Below are positions 49,459 to 59,533 of a DNA stretch of 64,000 nucleotides, piece by piece (the first letter of the stretch is position 1; each line of letters opens with the position of its first letter). The stretch is from a virus. Taxonomy: Duplodnaviria; Caudoviricetes. A program made the translations under genes and the position numbers. The notes beneath the pieces were generated by a model that saw nothing but the letters and a program-made list of their open reading frames with translations, had not been told where the DNA came from and did not search any database. Location of the stretch: IMG/VR virus record IMGVR_UViG_2588253758_000006; one strand, 5' to 3'.

Positions 49459-50819
49459 ATCGATAAATGTTCTTTAATTATATTACTCACTGAATAAAAC
49501 ACATACTCTAGATTGGCTCTACCGTTTGTTCCGTATGATAAATAATACATCAGTTCACTATTCTGTTCTAACTTTTTCACGAAGATAGGAAGAAGATAAT
49601 TCTGTGGATATTTTTGCGTTATTACTTCATATGGAATATCAGCAAGTAGTACTGACCATGCAACAAATAGTGCCTTATTGAAAAGTTGCTTTCTTGTATC
49701 ATCGCCAATATGCTCATTCTTAACCTTTCTGAAAGCATATTTACTATCAAAAAGGTATTCTGCATTTTTCATTGCATTAGTAAATAGTTTTATGACTCTT
49801 TCGTGAGTTACACTATCAATTGTGAAATAAGTTTCTGTCGCATCATCAAGAAAGGCTTCCATATATCCATGGTACGAAGATTTAAGAGTGGAATCTTTCT
49901 TGTATGCATCGTAAAAAATAATAAAACGCAATGCAACTTCCTGATCTTCCATTCTATCGGGCTTGACACTTTTATCAGTAGCAGATTTAAATTCGCTCAA
50001 AGCAGTCATTTCGTTGAGTAAATTTCTAAGGTATCTAGATGCTAGGCAGTTTCGTATTTCTTGATTTTTAAGAGGACGACCACCTGTATTTATACGTCTG
50101 AATATATCGTATTTGACTTTAAAAGGGGAAGCAGGGTCAATAACATTTACAGCAAATTGAGTCATGTTAAACCATCTGTAATATTTAGGATCAATACCCT
50201 TTTGCCCCTTCGATTCGTCTGTTTTGTAATATCGACCCTTAACGCCTTCATCTAAATATTCAAGGTGCTTCAATGGAAATTCATTATTCATAAACTCCTT
50301 TATGGTTGTCAAACGTTGCAAACCATCAACAATAGTCAACCTTCCTTCTGTATCTTCAGCTAAGTAAAACATAGGAAGAGGTATTCTGAGTAATAATGAT
50401 TCAATGAGTTTAGATTTTTGCACGGAATTCCAAACAAAATGACGTTGAAAGTCTGGCGTAAAATCGATGTCCTTATTATCGATCATCTCTTCGATAAATT
50501 TAATGCTAAATTGCTTTTGGTGTACCTTTATTAGCTCTGGGTCATATGGAGTAATCTCAGGCTTTGACTCAAATTCATTATTTTCAATACCTGATTGTTC
50601 ACTTTCAACAATTTGAACAGCAAGCATATCAAGTTTGCCAGACAAGTCAGTCTGCCTGGGATCGATATTCATAAAATCCACAACCTCCAAATGAGAGCCG
50701 ACTAATTTTAATGCCATTTGGATTTTATTCTCACTATCAACCAACTCGTATAAACACTGGTTGTTGTTAATTGGAGTCAAAAAAACATCTTCTCCTGTAT
50801 TTAATTTTAGTTCTATCAT
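49455..50819 (-). CDS. DUF262 ParB-like protein (Menshen NsnA-like)
   Basis: PDFQRHFVW, LIESLLLRIP, IVDGLQRLTT, FRRINTGG motifs. Confidence 0.9.
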   Translation of the reverse strand: MIELKLNTGEDVFLTPINNNQCLYELVDSENKIQMALKLVGSHLEVVDFMNIDPRQTDLSGKLDMLAVQIVESEQSGIENNEFESKPEITPYDPELIKVHQKQFSIKFIEEMIDNKDIDFTPDFQRHFVWNSVQKSKLIESLLLRIPLPMFYLAEDTEGRLTIVDGLQRLTTIKEFMNNEFPLKHLEYLDEGVKGRYYKTDESKGQKGIDPKYYRWFNMTQFAVNVIDPASPFKVKYDIFRRINTGGRPLKNQEIRNCLASRYLRNLLNEMTALSEFKSATDKSVKPDRMEDQEVALRFIIFYDAYKKDSTLKSSYHGYMEAFLDDATETYFTIDSVTHERVIKLFTNAMKNAEYLFDSKYAFRKVKNEHIGDDTRKQLFNKALFVAWSVLLADIPYEVITQKYPQNYLLPIFVKKLEQNSELMYYLSYGTNGRANLEYVFYSVSNIIKEHLSI

Positions 50820-50853
50820 AACGTTCTGAATATTTAATATTACTTTGACTGTT

Positions 50854-53800
50854 TTACTCCATTGGTTTAATCATTGATTCGATGAAGGCGATTTCGTCTT
50901 CGGTTAAGCCGTATTTGGCGTATAGTTGCTTGTCTATCTCTGTTGTTGATTTGCTCCAATCAATGTCTGATTTTTCTGTAAAATCTTGAAGAGGTACAAG
51001 TCGATATGTTTTACTAGTTCCGTGTTGGCTCATTTTTGCTAAACTGTGTAGAAAACGAGCAAACTTAGAACGAAGATACATTGATAGGTTTTGGCTTGAG
51101 ATCTCATCCAACGACAATTCTGCACCAACAACTAAAAAAGTTTCAGTACAAATAGTTCTTGGCTTTCCTACAAAAGAATTCTGATTATCATCGTTTAGTT
51201 CCGTACCAATATTATTAGATTCGGACACATAAACCTTCCATAAATCAATCCATTCTTTATGAGAACGTATTTCTGCTTCATCTACATACCCAATGGAACC
51301 ACCTCTTCCATAACACATCACAGGGTTTGTCAACCCTTCTTCATTCGCTCTAAATTTCTCATCGTTAATAAAGAATGTCCTAAACCCAAAAGCCTTAGCG
51401 GCAGATACGTAGTTCGCTAAGCTTTCATTATTTGAATTCGGATTTACTTTATCCATTATAGAAAGAGCTATCCCGTGCCGAATAAATGTTCCTGCATTTT
51501 CTGTTTTTAAGGAACGCATAATAGAAATAGGTTGCATATTCGATTGATGAGTGATAACCTTTGTTAAAGATTCTCTATTATCATATTTCTCACTCCACAA
51601 GAAAAAGCATAAACCGCCTCTGATGTTGGTATTAGGAAACACATCCTCAGGATTAAGAAAATCGTGAAGCAATGATATATGCTTGTCGTTAAGCATATTT
51701 TCTCTAAACTCGTCTAAACCTTTGCCTCCGGCATACCACCTTGAAGGCATAATCATAGATATATATGATGGTTTGATTTTTTTAGCTATATCAACAAACT
51801 TATCATATATAGGTTTTGCGCTTGCTTGTGCCCCTCCATCCATTACTTGATACGGCGGATTTCCTACGATTGCTTTGAATTTCATATTATTATTTTCGTT
51901 TGCTTTCCAATAAGATTTGCCTTGTGAAACTTTCTCAACAAAGGCAGTTGATTTATTAGTGATTTGGTTGATAAGGTCTTCGAAATACCTCGCATTGACC
52001 TTTGCTTTGCGAAAGCCCACAAGAGTACGTTTGGTGATACTCTTTGCCATAGGGGTTTTGCAAAGTACGAAGATGTTTTCATTCAACACCTTATCCCATA
52101 TCTTCAAATGGTGTTCGAGAGAATCACTTTCTGTTTTGTCGAAAAGGTCGGTTTGCTCGGCAAGTCGAGAACGATAAACAGAGTAGGCGACATAGAGGGG
52201 ATATAAACCCGTTTTAGAGTTGATTTCGAGAATCTTGGTATCAGAACCAAACACCTCGTCAGCAACACCTCCGTTGTCGGCAAAACGAGGCTTTGAAAGA
52301 GTATTCTCATACTTTTCGTCATAGAACACATAACCACCCATACATTCGCCCATATGCATATTGACAACTCGCCTCGGGGTCAACACTGTCTCCTTGTCGG
52401 GATTGCGGAAGGTAGAGAATATGTTTGTTATACGTTCGATACGCTCCTCAATATCGAGCGAGTCGGCAGCCTTTGCCATAGCTCGAATACGTTTACCTGC
52501 TGCACAGAATATTTCTGGGTCGTAGTATTTCTTGAAACTATTAAAAGTTTGCTTATAAACACCCTTTGGCATAAACTCCTCCCACGATTGAGGGTCGATA
52601 AGTTCGGTGAAATTGTCGAGCGTTATGTCGGCTGTCTCGTCTTTAAGTTCGGCTCCATAGATAAGCAGAGGCATACGGATAGAGATGCCACGAAGAATGG
52701 AAACAGCCGTATCACGATTTTTGCGTTTCTTTACCTTATCTTCGAGTAGTTCTTTCTGCTCGTCGGTCAACTCCTTGCCTTTGCGTTTATCTTTCTCAGC
52801 TTGCCCCAACTGCTCGTACTCTTCATCGGCAAAGCCCTGATTGTTCATATCTATATCACCACTCTTAGGCATTGCCTTAGTCGAGCCAATAATCTTTTTT
52901 AGGTTGTCGAACTCTTGCAAATCTACGTCGGTGAGTTTCATCAAATCATCATTGTAGAGATAACCGTCCTCGAATCCATTCTTAACCACTCTCTCAACGT
53001 ATACCTTTTTGAGTTGTTCGAGCATACGAGGAACATCATAATCTCGCATCTGTGAACCATCGACTGCAATGATAGGGCAAAAGTTCAAAAACTCGCCCAT
53101 AATCTTGCGGTCGTCGGTAGAGGTTTTACCTGCTTTTGCCGATATTTTAGCTGTTTCAGCAATAACCTTCAATGTGCGGTCGGGAGCAAAATCGAATACA
53201 AAACACTCTTCCTTGACCTTACCGCCTATAGTTGCAGGGGTTTGAACACGGAAGATAGTCTGCATATAACTTGATGCAGAGGTGTTAAATGAGCCTGAAA
53301 GCATCATCACGGCAGTCCACGGCTTAACAGAGACTCCTGTTGTCAATCGACCACAAGAAAGCGTGATTGTATATGTCTCCTCTGGTTTGTTGCCAATAGC
53401 ATCTTCAACAGCTTTTAGAGCATCAGAGTATGATGCCTCTTCATCGCCATCACCTGCCACGTTGACTATAGTGAAATGTTGGAAAACTGGGTGTTGTTGG
53501 AGCATCGCACTTAACGCACGTGCCTCCTTAACACCCGGAACCATCCACAACGAATGGCGGAAATTATCTCGATAAGCCTCGGTCGAGTATGGATAATTAC
53601 TCTCCTTATCAGATTTTGTAATCAAATTCAGAAATGACAAAACATCGCTTCTATGTATAAAATTACCCGACTCATCGGTGCGGAAAAACTCTCTAAAGTT
53701 GAACGCCAACTCGCTATCAGCGAATTTTTCGATAAGTTTACCAAGATCGTATGTGTAGATATTTAGTCGAGGCAAAGAGGCGTATGGATTTGGATCGCCA

Positions 53801-54849
53801 AAATGAGTCAATGACCACTCCGCCTTCGCACGTTGCTCCATAACGTAGTCCCACGTATATATCTCATCCTCCTTGTATTCGTCAATCAAATTAAAAGGCG
53901 TACCCGACAAACGTAGCACTTTAGTGGTGTCTTTTGTTAGTTCATACATTACAGCCCTACCAAGTTCAGTTTGTGTACCTTCGTGTGCTTCATCGACAAT
54001 GATGAAGTTCCACGGAGTAGCGAAAATTTCATTATTCTTATCGAAGTTGCCTCCCACCTTCTCAGACCCACGCAAATCTTGCATTGACGCAAAATAGACA
54101 TAGTGTTTATCTTCCTTTAAGGCTTGACGCTCCAATGAAGAGTGAGTATCGCCATTGTTCTTTGAACCATAAATGTAGTTAGGGGTATCATAGAATATTT
54201 TGGTAAAATCCTCAAACCAACCAGCATCAACCACTGGACGGTGTGTAAGTATCAAAGTGCGCTTAAACTGCATTTCCTTTGTAACTTGCAGAGCCGACAG
54301 AGTTTTACCAAAACGCATTTTGGCATTCCACAAGAATTGGTTGCCCTTAGTAAAATGCTTTTTAGTGAGTTTGATAGCCTCTTTCTGTTCTGGACGAAAG
54401 TCAATAGGATTTATATCTGTGGATATTTCTGTTGAATTCAACGAGCATCGACCCTCTTTGGCAGCTTTGATAGCATTCTTTACCGTTTCAACGTCTGTTA
54501 AAACCCATTCATTCGCTTTACCTTCAATCTCAAACACCTTTCTCTTGATGCCTGAACGCAATAAAACTTCTCGTACAGCTCCATCATTTAATGCACATAA
54601 CCTACCACCAGCAGTGTATATAGCCAACTCGGTATACAGTAAATCATAAGCAATCCCAGCAGTCTGGGTATATTGATTGATCCGTTTTTTAGCTGCAACA
54701 TTTAGATTGTGACTCGACGGAGCAAGTCCCCATAAATCTTCATTGTCGTCGGCAGTGGCTTCGCCAACTTTCAAACAACCTTTATGAGCCTCGTCATTAA
54801 TACGAAACACATAAATTAGCTTTAGTTTAAATGATGATACAAACTTCAT
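50854..54849 (-). CDS. Nuclease-SF2 helicase-adenine methylase fusion (Eco57I-domain RM enzyme)
   Basis: GIY-YIG-like IYVF..KVGEA N-terminus; AKMRFGKT, DEAH, SGTP; EINSKTG, GNPPY, MPSRW; YGLTEDEIAFIE tail. Confidence 0.88.
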   Translation of the reverse strand: MKFVSSFKLKLIYVFRINDEAHKGCLKVGEATADDNEDLWGLAPSSHNLNVAAKKRINQYTQTAGIAYDLLYTELAIYTAGGRLCALNDGAVREVLLRSGIKRKVFEIEGKANEWVLTDVETVKNAIKAAKEGRCSLNSTEISTDINPIDFRPEQKEAIKLTKKHFTKGNQFLWNAKMRFGKTLSALQVTKEMQFKRTLILTHRPVVDAGWFEDFTKIFYDTPNYIYGSKNNGDTHSSLERQALKEDKHYVYFASMQDLRGSEKVGGNFDKNNEIFATPWNFIIVDEAHEGTQTELGRAVMYELTKDTTKVLRLSGTPFNLIDEYKEDEIYTWDYVMEQRAKAEWSLTHFGDPNPYASLPRLNIYTYDLGKLIEKFADSELAFNFREFFRTDESGNFIHRSDVLSFLNLITKSDKESNYPYSTEAYRDNFRHSLWMVPGVKEARALSAMLQQHPVFQHFTIVNVAGDGDEEASYSDALKAVEDAIGNKPEETYTITLSCGRLTTGVSVKPWTAVMMLSGSFNTSASSYMQTIFRVQTPATIGGKVKEECFVFDFAPDRTLKVIAETAKISAKAGKTSTDDRKIMGEFLNFCPIIAVDGSQMRDYDVPRMLEQLKKVYVERVVKNGFEDGYLYNDDLMKLTDVDLQEFDNLKKIIGSTKAMPKSGDIDMNNQGFADEEYEQLGQAEKDKRKGKELTDEQKELLEDKVKKRKNRDTAVSILRGISIRMPLLIYGAELKDETADITLDNFTELIDPQSWEEFMPKGVYKQTFNSFKKYYDPEIFCAAGKRIRAMAKAADSLDIEERIERITNIFSTFRNPDKETVLTPRRVVNMHMGECMGGYVFYDEKYENTLSKPRFADNGGVADEVFGSDTKILEINSKTGLYPLYVAYSVYRSRLAEQTDLFDKTESDSLEHHLKIWDKVLNENIFVLCKTPMAKSITKRTLVGFRKAKVNARYFEDLINQITNKSTAFVEKVSQGKSYWKANENNNMKFKAIVGNPPYQVMDGGAQASAKPIYDKFVDIAKKIKPSYISMIMPSRWYAGGKGLDEFRENMLNDKHISLLHDFLNPEDVFPNTNIRGGLCFFLWSEKYDNRESLTKVITHQSNMQPISIMRSLKTENAGTFIRHGIALSIMDKVNPNSNNESLANYVSAAKAFGFRTFFINDEKFRANEEGLTNPVMCYGRGGSIGYVDEAEIRSHKEWIDLWKVYVSESNNIGTELNDDNQNSFVGKPRTICTETFLVVGAELSLDEISSQNLSMYLRSKFARFLHSLAKMSQHGTSKTYRLVPLQDFTEKSDIDWSKSTTEIDKQLYAKYGLTEDEIAFIESMIKPME

Positions 54850-54861
54850 ATGCTAGTGGTT

Positions 54862-55860
54862 TTATTTTATCAAATCTATGAAACGGTATTTTCTACCTAA
54901 CTTTTTTGTAATTGGATCTTTAGCTCTCCAATCCTTTACTAAACAATAGACTCCTGTATGATATAAGAATCCATCTTCCTGACATCCTCTGCAAGGTATT
55001 TTAGTAATATCTCCAAACAGAGATGTCTCCTCTATTGTTTTACAACTATTCGGTATAACTCCTTTAAGCCCATCCATCTGCCAAATATTCCACGATACAA
55101 TATAAGCAATGAATTTCAAAGATACCGGCAATGGATCTTTACCAAACTTGTGCTTGTAATAGTCCTTAAAAGTATATAGCAACGCTTCTCGTGCCAATAG
55201 AAGATTGTCTCCCTGATATTCAAAACCATAAATGCTTTTATAGGCTGTTTGTGCCCACTCAAGCCACTCGGTTGATGTTTCCGTATTCTCGCCAACGATA
55301 CGTAGTTTGCGGTCAAGCAGACCGATACGTTGCTCTATTGGAATAGCATCACCAGTTGTAGCATCGTATCTGCTTACTAAATATGGAGCTTCTCCGCACG
55401 AAATTTCCAAGCGATTTTCACGTACATAATCTTTCCATGATTTATCTTCTGGAAAGATTATTGTGTCTGTTACTGATATCCAAGAACGTTTTCCGTCCTC
55501 AGAGGTTAACTCTTTGTTAAATACATTATTGCGACCGAACCACGCTTCGTCTATAAGATTATTCTGTGCGTTACAAATCCACGATGGAGTGAATACTTCT
55601 GCTTTATCTCTTACACGGGATAATTGTTCGGTTTTGTTTTTATCTACTCTTGGTTTAATAATATCACCATTCTTGCCTGTTATCTGAGATACAGTTATCT
55701 CATCAGCCTCTCCATATCCATCTCCCATAAAAGCATAATTATCCGTAGCCCAAATTATATTCTTTTTTGAACTATGGTCTTTAAGTAATATAGGCAAAAG
55801 CTCCTTGTCGTACTTAATTATATCATTCTCTTTTATATCAACGAGGTTTTTTGAAACCAT
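54862..55860 (-). CDS. Partner adenine methylase-like subunit
   Basis: AEVFTPSW, LEISCGEAPY, YGFEYQGDN, NIWQMDGL motifs. Confidence 0.8.
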   Translation of the reverse strand: MVSKNLVDIKENDIIKYDKELLPILLKDHSSKKNIIWATDNYAFMGDGYGEADEITVSQITGKNGDIIKPRVDKNKTEQLSRVRDKAEVFTPSWICNAQNNLIDEAWFGRNNVFNKELTSEDGKRSWISVTDTIIFPEDKSWKDYVRENRLEISCGEAPYLVSRYDATTGDAIPIEQRIGLLDRKLRIVGENTETSTEWLEWAQTAYKSIYGFEYQGDNLLLAREALLYTFKDYYKHKFGKDPLPVSLKFIAYIVSWNIWQMDGLKGVIPNSCKTIEETSLFGDITKIPCRGCQEDGFLYHTGVYCLVKDWRAKDPITKKLGRKYRFIDLIK

Positions 55861-55862
55861 AT

Positions 55863-56060
55863 CTATTTTTTCTTTTTACTATCAATCAATTCCTTCGGAT
55901 CTACTTGTAAGATTTCCGCTATCTCAAAAAGTAGTTCGAGACTTGGTTGGCGACGGTTGCAGACATAAGCATTCACGATACTGAAACTCTTTCCGAGTTT
56001 ATCCGCAAGCCATGTTTGCCTAATGCCTTTTTCATCAAGCACTTCTCTTATTCTATTCAT
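55863..56060 (-). CDS. XRE/Cro HTH regulator (RM controller-like)
   Basis: MNRIREVL...QTWLADKLG...NRRQPSLELL; immediately precedes the methylase. Confidence 0.85.
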   Translation of the reverse strand: MNRIREVLDEKGIRQTWLADKLGKSFSIVNAYVCNRRQPSLELLFEIAEILQVDPKELIDSKKKK

Positions 56061-56186
56061 CGCATAAATCTTTTGCATAACATCTATTTGACCATAAAGG
56101 TATGAAATATTATGATGCATCCATATAAAATGGAGAGAAAATATTTTGTATTTCCCTCTCCATCATTATTTTTCGATGATTGAATG

Positions 56187-56759
56187 CTATTTTTTCTTGA
56201 TTTTTTCAGCCTCGTGGTTTAGCTTTTCAGCTTCTTGTTGGCGGAGTCGGGCTTGCTCATCGAGGGTGGCTTTCTGTTGTACGGCTCGTTCGTAATTCTC
56301 TACATCTTTACTCATCTGTCGGATTTTGGCATTATCCCGGTTAATTTCGAAGAGGTCTTCTAATTCTGAGATGCGCTGTGGCGTGGCTTCGCCTTTCATT
56401 TTGATGTATCGGTATTTTAGGTCGTTGTCGATTCGGTCGTAGTTTGGACGTGTGGCGAGGTAGAGCCACGCACTTAGTCCGGTAATAATGATAATCATTC
56501 CGATGAAAATAAAAACAGCCTCTTTCGACACGATGTCAATTGTGATGCGTCGTTCTCGGATTACTGGTTTGCGAGCCTCCTCGATTGCTTCTTTTAGCTG
56601 TGTTGTATTGTCGGCTGTCTGGTCGATGCTGCTTTGCATCATCACGGTGAGGGTCTCTACTTTTGAGAGGTCGGATTGTGGGGACTTACTGTTCTGCTTG
56701 ACCAATTTGGTCAGTTCTTCAATCATAAAGATGATTACATCTTCTTTGTCTGTTGCCAT
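56187..56759 (-). CDS. Membrane-anchored mobilisation-associated protein
   Basis: Single TM helix, DNDLKYRYIKM motif, coiled-coil tail; follows the relaxase. Confidence 0.7.
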   Translation of the reverse strand: MATDKEDVIIFMIEELTKLVKQNSKSPQSDLSKVETLTVMMQSSIDQTADNTTQLKEAIEEARKPVIRERRITIDIVSKEAVFIFIGMIIIITGLSAWLYLATRPNYDRIDNDLKYRYIKMKGEATPQRISELEDLFEINRDNAKIRQMSKDVENYERAVQQKATLDEQARLRQQEAEKLNHEAEKIKKK

Positions 56760-56780
56760 ATTTTTTTAGTTTTTAAATGG

Positions 56781-57695
56781 TTAAAATCTGATTCCTTTTT
56801 TCTTTTTTCGTTGCATACGCTTGCGGAATGCCTCCTCTTCGGGGTCTGTGCCGTTGGGGAGTATCGGCATATCGAAGAGTGAGCCGATAGAGTCGCCAAC
56901 GGTGCTGCTTTCGTGGTGTTCGGGGCGGTGCTGCGGTTGTTGCACAGGTGGCAAGACCTGTTGCTCCGCTCGGTTGTTCTGCCGTAAGGCGTAGTCGATT
57001 TTGGAGTAGCTGAACTGGCGATCTACCTTTGAGCCATTGAACGAGAGGTTGTTCATCGTAAACCTTACCCCCTCAATTTGGTCGGTTGAGCCTTTGGTTT
57101 TGAAGCCCAACTCTATCCCCTCTGTTCTGAGCCTGCTGCGGAGCTCTTGCCACGATTTCGATTGAGGGACGTGTTTGCAAAGAGCATCATAAATTTGGTA
57201 CTTCGTTGCATCGGGTTCTCGGAGCTGCTCTCGCTTGACGTTCTCTTTTCCACTTGAAACATACAAGCCGTGTTTGATTGTTAGCTCTTTGCAGAGTGCC
57301 GTGCTGCGGAACCGTTCGTTTTGGTCGGAGATGCGTTTGCCGTTAAAGTCGATGCGGTTCATTATTAGGTGGATGTGCGGATGGTCTCGGTCGGTGTGGC
57401 GGACGATTAAGACCTGCGTATTGCCGTAGCCCATCTTTTTCATATACTCATCTGCTATCTCAATCATCTTCGCATTGGTCAGTTTTTCTCTATCCTGTGC
57501 CGAAAAATCGAGAGAGATATGGGCGACAGGCTTAGCAATTTGCACCAGTCGAGCCTGTGTTTCGAAGCTGCGGATTATGGACTCTTTGTCGATATTCCGC
57601 ACTCCTTTTGTGGCGATTATATCGGCTTCTTTGCGATTCAAAACGTAGTTTACAGCATTGCCAAAACTATTTCCTTGTATGATTTTTGCTATCAT
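56781..57695 (-). CDS. MOBP-type relaxase
   Basis: MIAKII.G..F..AVNY, HISLDF, HTDRDHPHIH (3H motif), FNGSKVDRQFSY. Confidence 0.93.
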   Translation of the reverse strand: MIAKIIQGNSFGNAVNYVLNRKEADIIATKGVRNIDKESIIRSFETQARLVQIAKPVAHISLDFSAQDREKLTNAKMIEIADEYMKKMGYGNTQVLIVRHTDRDHPHIHLIMNRIDFNGKRISDQNERFRSTALCKELTIKHGLYVSSGKENVKREQLREPDATKYQIYDALCKHVPQSKSWQELRSRLRTEGIELGFKTKGSTDQIEGVRFTMNNLSFNGSKVDRQFSYSKIDYALRQNNRAEQQVLPPVQQPQHRPEHHESSTVGDSIGSLFDMPILPNGTDPEEEAFRKRMQRKKKKGIRF

Positions 57696-57728
57696 TTTTT
57701 ATTGAATTATTTAATCTGTCGTGTGCGG

Positions 57729-58091
57729 TCACGCACCATTTTCGATGGATTTTATTACGTTATCAATCTCTTTGGCGAGTGTTTCGGACTCGGTTTTCGC
57801 TGCGAAATACCCTGCTTGATTGGCTCGTTTGGCAATCTGATTTAGGTTGTTTGCCATACCTGTGAGCTTGGTTATCAGTTGCAGGTGGGTGGTGGTAAGC
57901 CGCTCTTTGACGGTGGAGTTTCGCAAGGCACTGCGGATGTATTCGCTTATGGTCAGTCCTGCTGTACTCGCATTTCTTAGCAATGCTTTGTACTCAATCA
58001 GCCCCAATTTTATGGAGGCTCGATACTGCCATCGGTCAATCGCCTCTTTCTTAGGGCGACCGTTCTCATTTCTATTTTTTATCGTTTTCAT
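57729..58091 (-). CDS. mobC: MobC relaxosome protein
   Basis: GRPKKE, GLTISEYIR, GMANNLNQIAK motifs. Confidence 0.9.
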   Translation of the reverse strand: MKTIKNRNENGRPKKEAIDRWQYRASIKLGLIEYKALLRNASTAGLTISEYIRSALRNSTVKERLTTTHLQLITKLTGMANNLNQIAKRANQAGYFAAKTESETLAKEIDNVIKSIENGA

Positions 58092-58125
58092 TATCTTGTT
58101 TTTTAGTCAGACCATCGGGATTCAC

Positions 58126-58160
58126 TGTTTCTGTCTGACAGAAACACAAACTTGCTTAGT
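58126..58160. other. Putative oriT
   Basis: IR TGTTTCTGTC-T-GACAGAAACA followed by CAAACTTGC, between DUF3408 and mobC. Confidence 0.65.
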
Positions 58161-58184
58161 AAACTCCCATAAATTACAGTTACC

Positions 58185-58466
58185 CTACTCATCATCATTG
58201 TTTTCTGATTTAGAACCTCCGGTAAATTCGATGTACTGCTCTTCTCTTATCTCCTCCAGCAGCGGTCTGTAAGTCTCGATATGGTGGCGCAGGATGGTGT
58301 CGATTAGAGATGCCGTTGTCACGTGTTGGTCTCGGAATAGGTGGGAGATAATCTTCATCTTCGCGTGGGTCTCGGCACTCACATAAAGCACTTGACGGTC
58401 ACGGATTCTGATGTCTCGGCAAAAAGTCTCGATATATTTCTCTCGTGAAATCTGTTTTGTTTTCAT
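58185..58466 (-). CDS. DUF3408 family protein
   Basis: YIETF...RQVLYVSAETH...SLIDTILRHH pattern. Confidence 0.8.
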   Translation of the reverse strand: MKTKQISREKYIETFCRDIRIRDRQVLYVSAETHAKMKIISHLFRDQHVTTASLIDTILRHHIETYRPLLEEIREEQYIEFTGGSKSENNDDE

Positions 58467-58469
58467 AAC

Positions 58470-59390
58470 TTATATATTTCTTGATTTCGATGTTGGTCTA
58501 TTGTTTGATTTATGGATTGGTGTCCGCATAGATTCCTTTATTGGCTCCAGTGCTGATTTCAGTCTGTGTGCCACTATGTATTCGTTCAGGTCTTTGTGGT
58601 TTCTGTAAAATGGCGATTGGTCGATGGTCTCACGTCCCAACCTTTCAACGGCTGCGAATGCTCGCCTGCCTGATTCGTCATTATCCAAAAAGCAGTGGAT
58701 TGTCTGGTGCTGTTTCAAAAACTCTTCGGCTCGGTGGAGGTTGTGGACGGAGTTCAGCACTGCCATATCCACAGTTGGGCGAATGGCGTTTTTCAAGGTG
58801 AGGTAGGAGAGCATATCCATAAATCCCTCGATGAGCAGACAAGTGGGCGAGCTGCTGCCGATGGTAGTCGGAGATTTGGGTGACGTACTGCCTTTGAAGT
58901 ACTCGTTGCGAAGTTCCCAACCTCCGGCATCGCTCTGAAATCCGATGGCAAAGAATGGTTTGCCGTTTGTGGTGTAGTGAACCTCACGGCAATACTCTCG
59001 TGCGATGTCGAGGTTTATGGAGCGTTTCGACTGGAGATAGTTTATCAGGTGGTGATTCTGTAATGGTTTTACGGACACGATTTGCATAGTTGACTGTACT
59101 GGCTCTGTTGATTCACTACGATGAAATGAAAAGTTGCTGCCGTTTTCGAGTTTGGCAATAGCTTCATTAATGGTGCAGCCGTCGAGCTTCATCACAAGGT
59201 CGATTATAGAACCACCCTCGCCCGAACCGAAATCGTACCACAGGTTTTTATTGTAGTCCACTTTGAAACTCGGAGCAGTTTCGCTGCGGAATGGCGACAC
59301 GTACATTCCATAACCTGTTCGTTCTTGTTTTGGCAAAACTCCCTGCTCGGCAAGGAAGTTTTTGATATTTATATCTTTTACGTTGTACAT
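58470..59390 (-). CDS. Primase (zinc-finger-like + Toprim, PrmN1-like)
   Basis: SPFRSETAPSFKV..WYDFG..GGSIID, IEGFMDMLS, FLDNDESG, KDLNEY. Confidence 0.9.
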   Translation of the reverse strand: MYNVKDINIKNFLAEQGVLPKQERTGYGMYVSPFRSETAPSFKVDYNKNLWYDFGSGEGGSIIDLVMKLDGCTINEAIAKLENGSNFSFHRSESTEPVQSTMQIVSVKPLQNHHLINYLQSKRSINLDIAREYCREVHYTTNGKPFFAIGFQSDAGGWELRNEYFKGSTSPKSPTTIGSSSPTCLLIEGFMDMLSYLTLKNAIRPTVDMAVLNSVHNLHRAEEFLKQHQTIHCFLDNDESGRRAFAAVERLGRETIDQSPFYRNHKDLNEYIVAHRLKSALEPIKESMRTPIHKSNNRPTSKSRNI

Positions 59391-59403
59391 AAGCTGTTTT
59401 TTT

Positions 59404-59533
59404 TGTGAGAATGTGAGAAAATCCCATCAATCTCCTGTGAAATAAAAAGTTAAGTAGCTCACAAACTTCTAACACAATTTCAAAGTGTGAGAATACACCG
59501 TTTGTAAATGTGAGAAAGTGAGTAGAGTGTGAG
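59404..59533. repeat. TGTGAGA iteron-like repeats
   Basis: Copies at 59404, 59412, 59486, 59509, partial copies at 59518 and 59528, inverted copy at 59458. Confidence 0.65.

Noticed and set aside
50854-54849. Many antisense and alternate-frame ORFs here and across the window
   Set aside because: Shadows of long motif-bearing genes, with no recognisable motifs of their own
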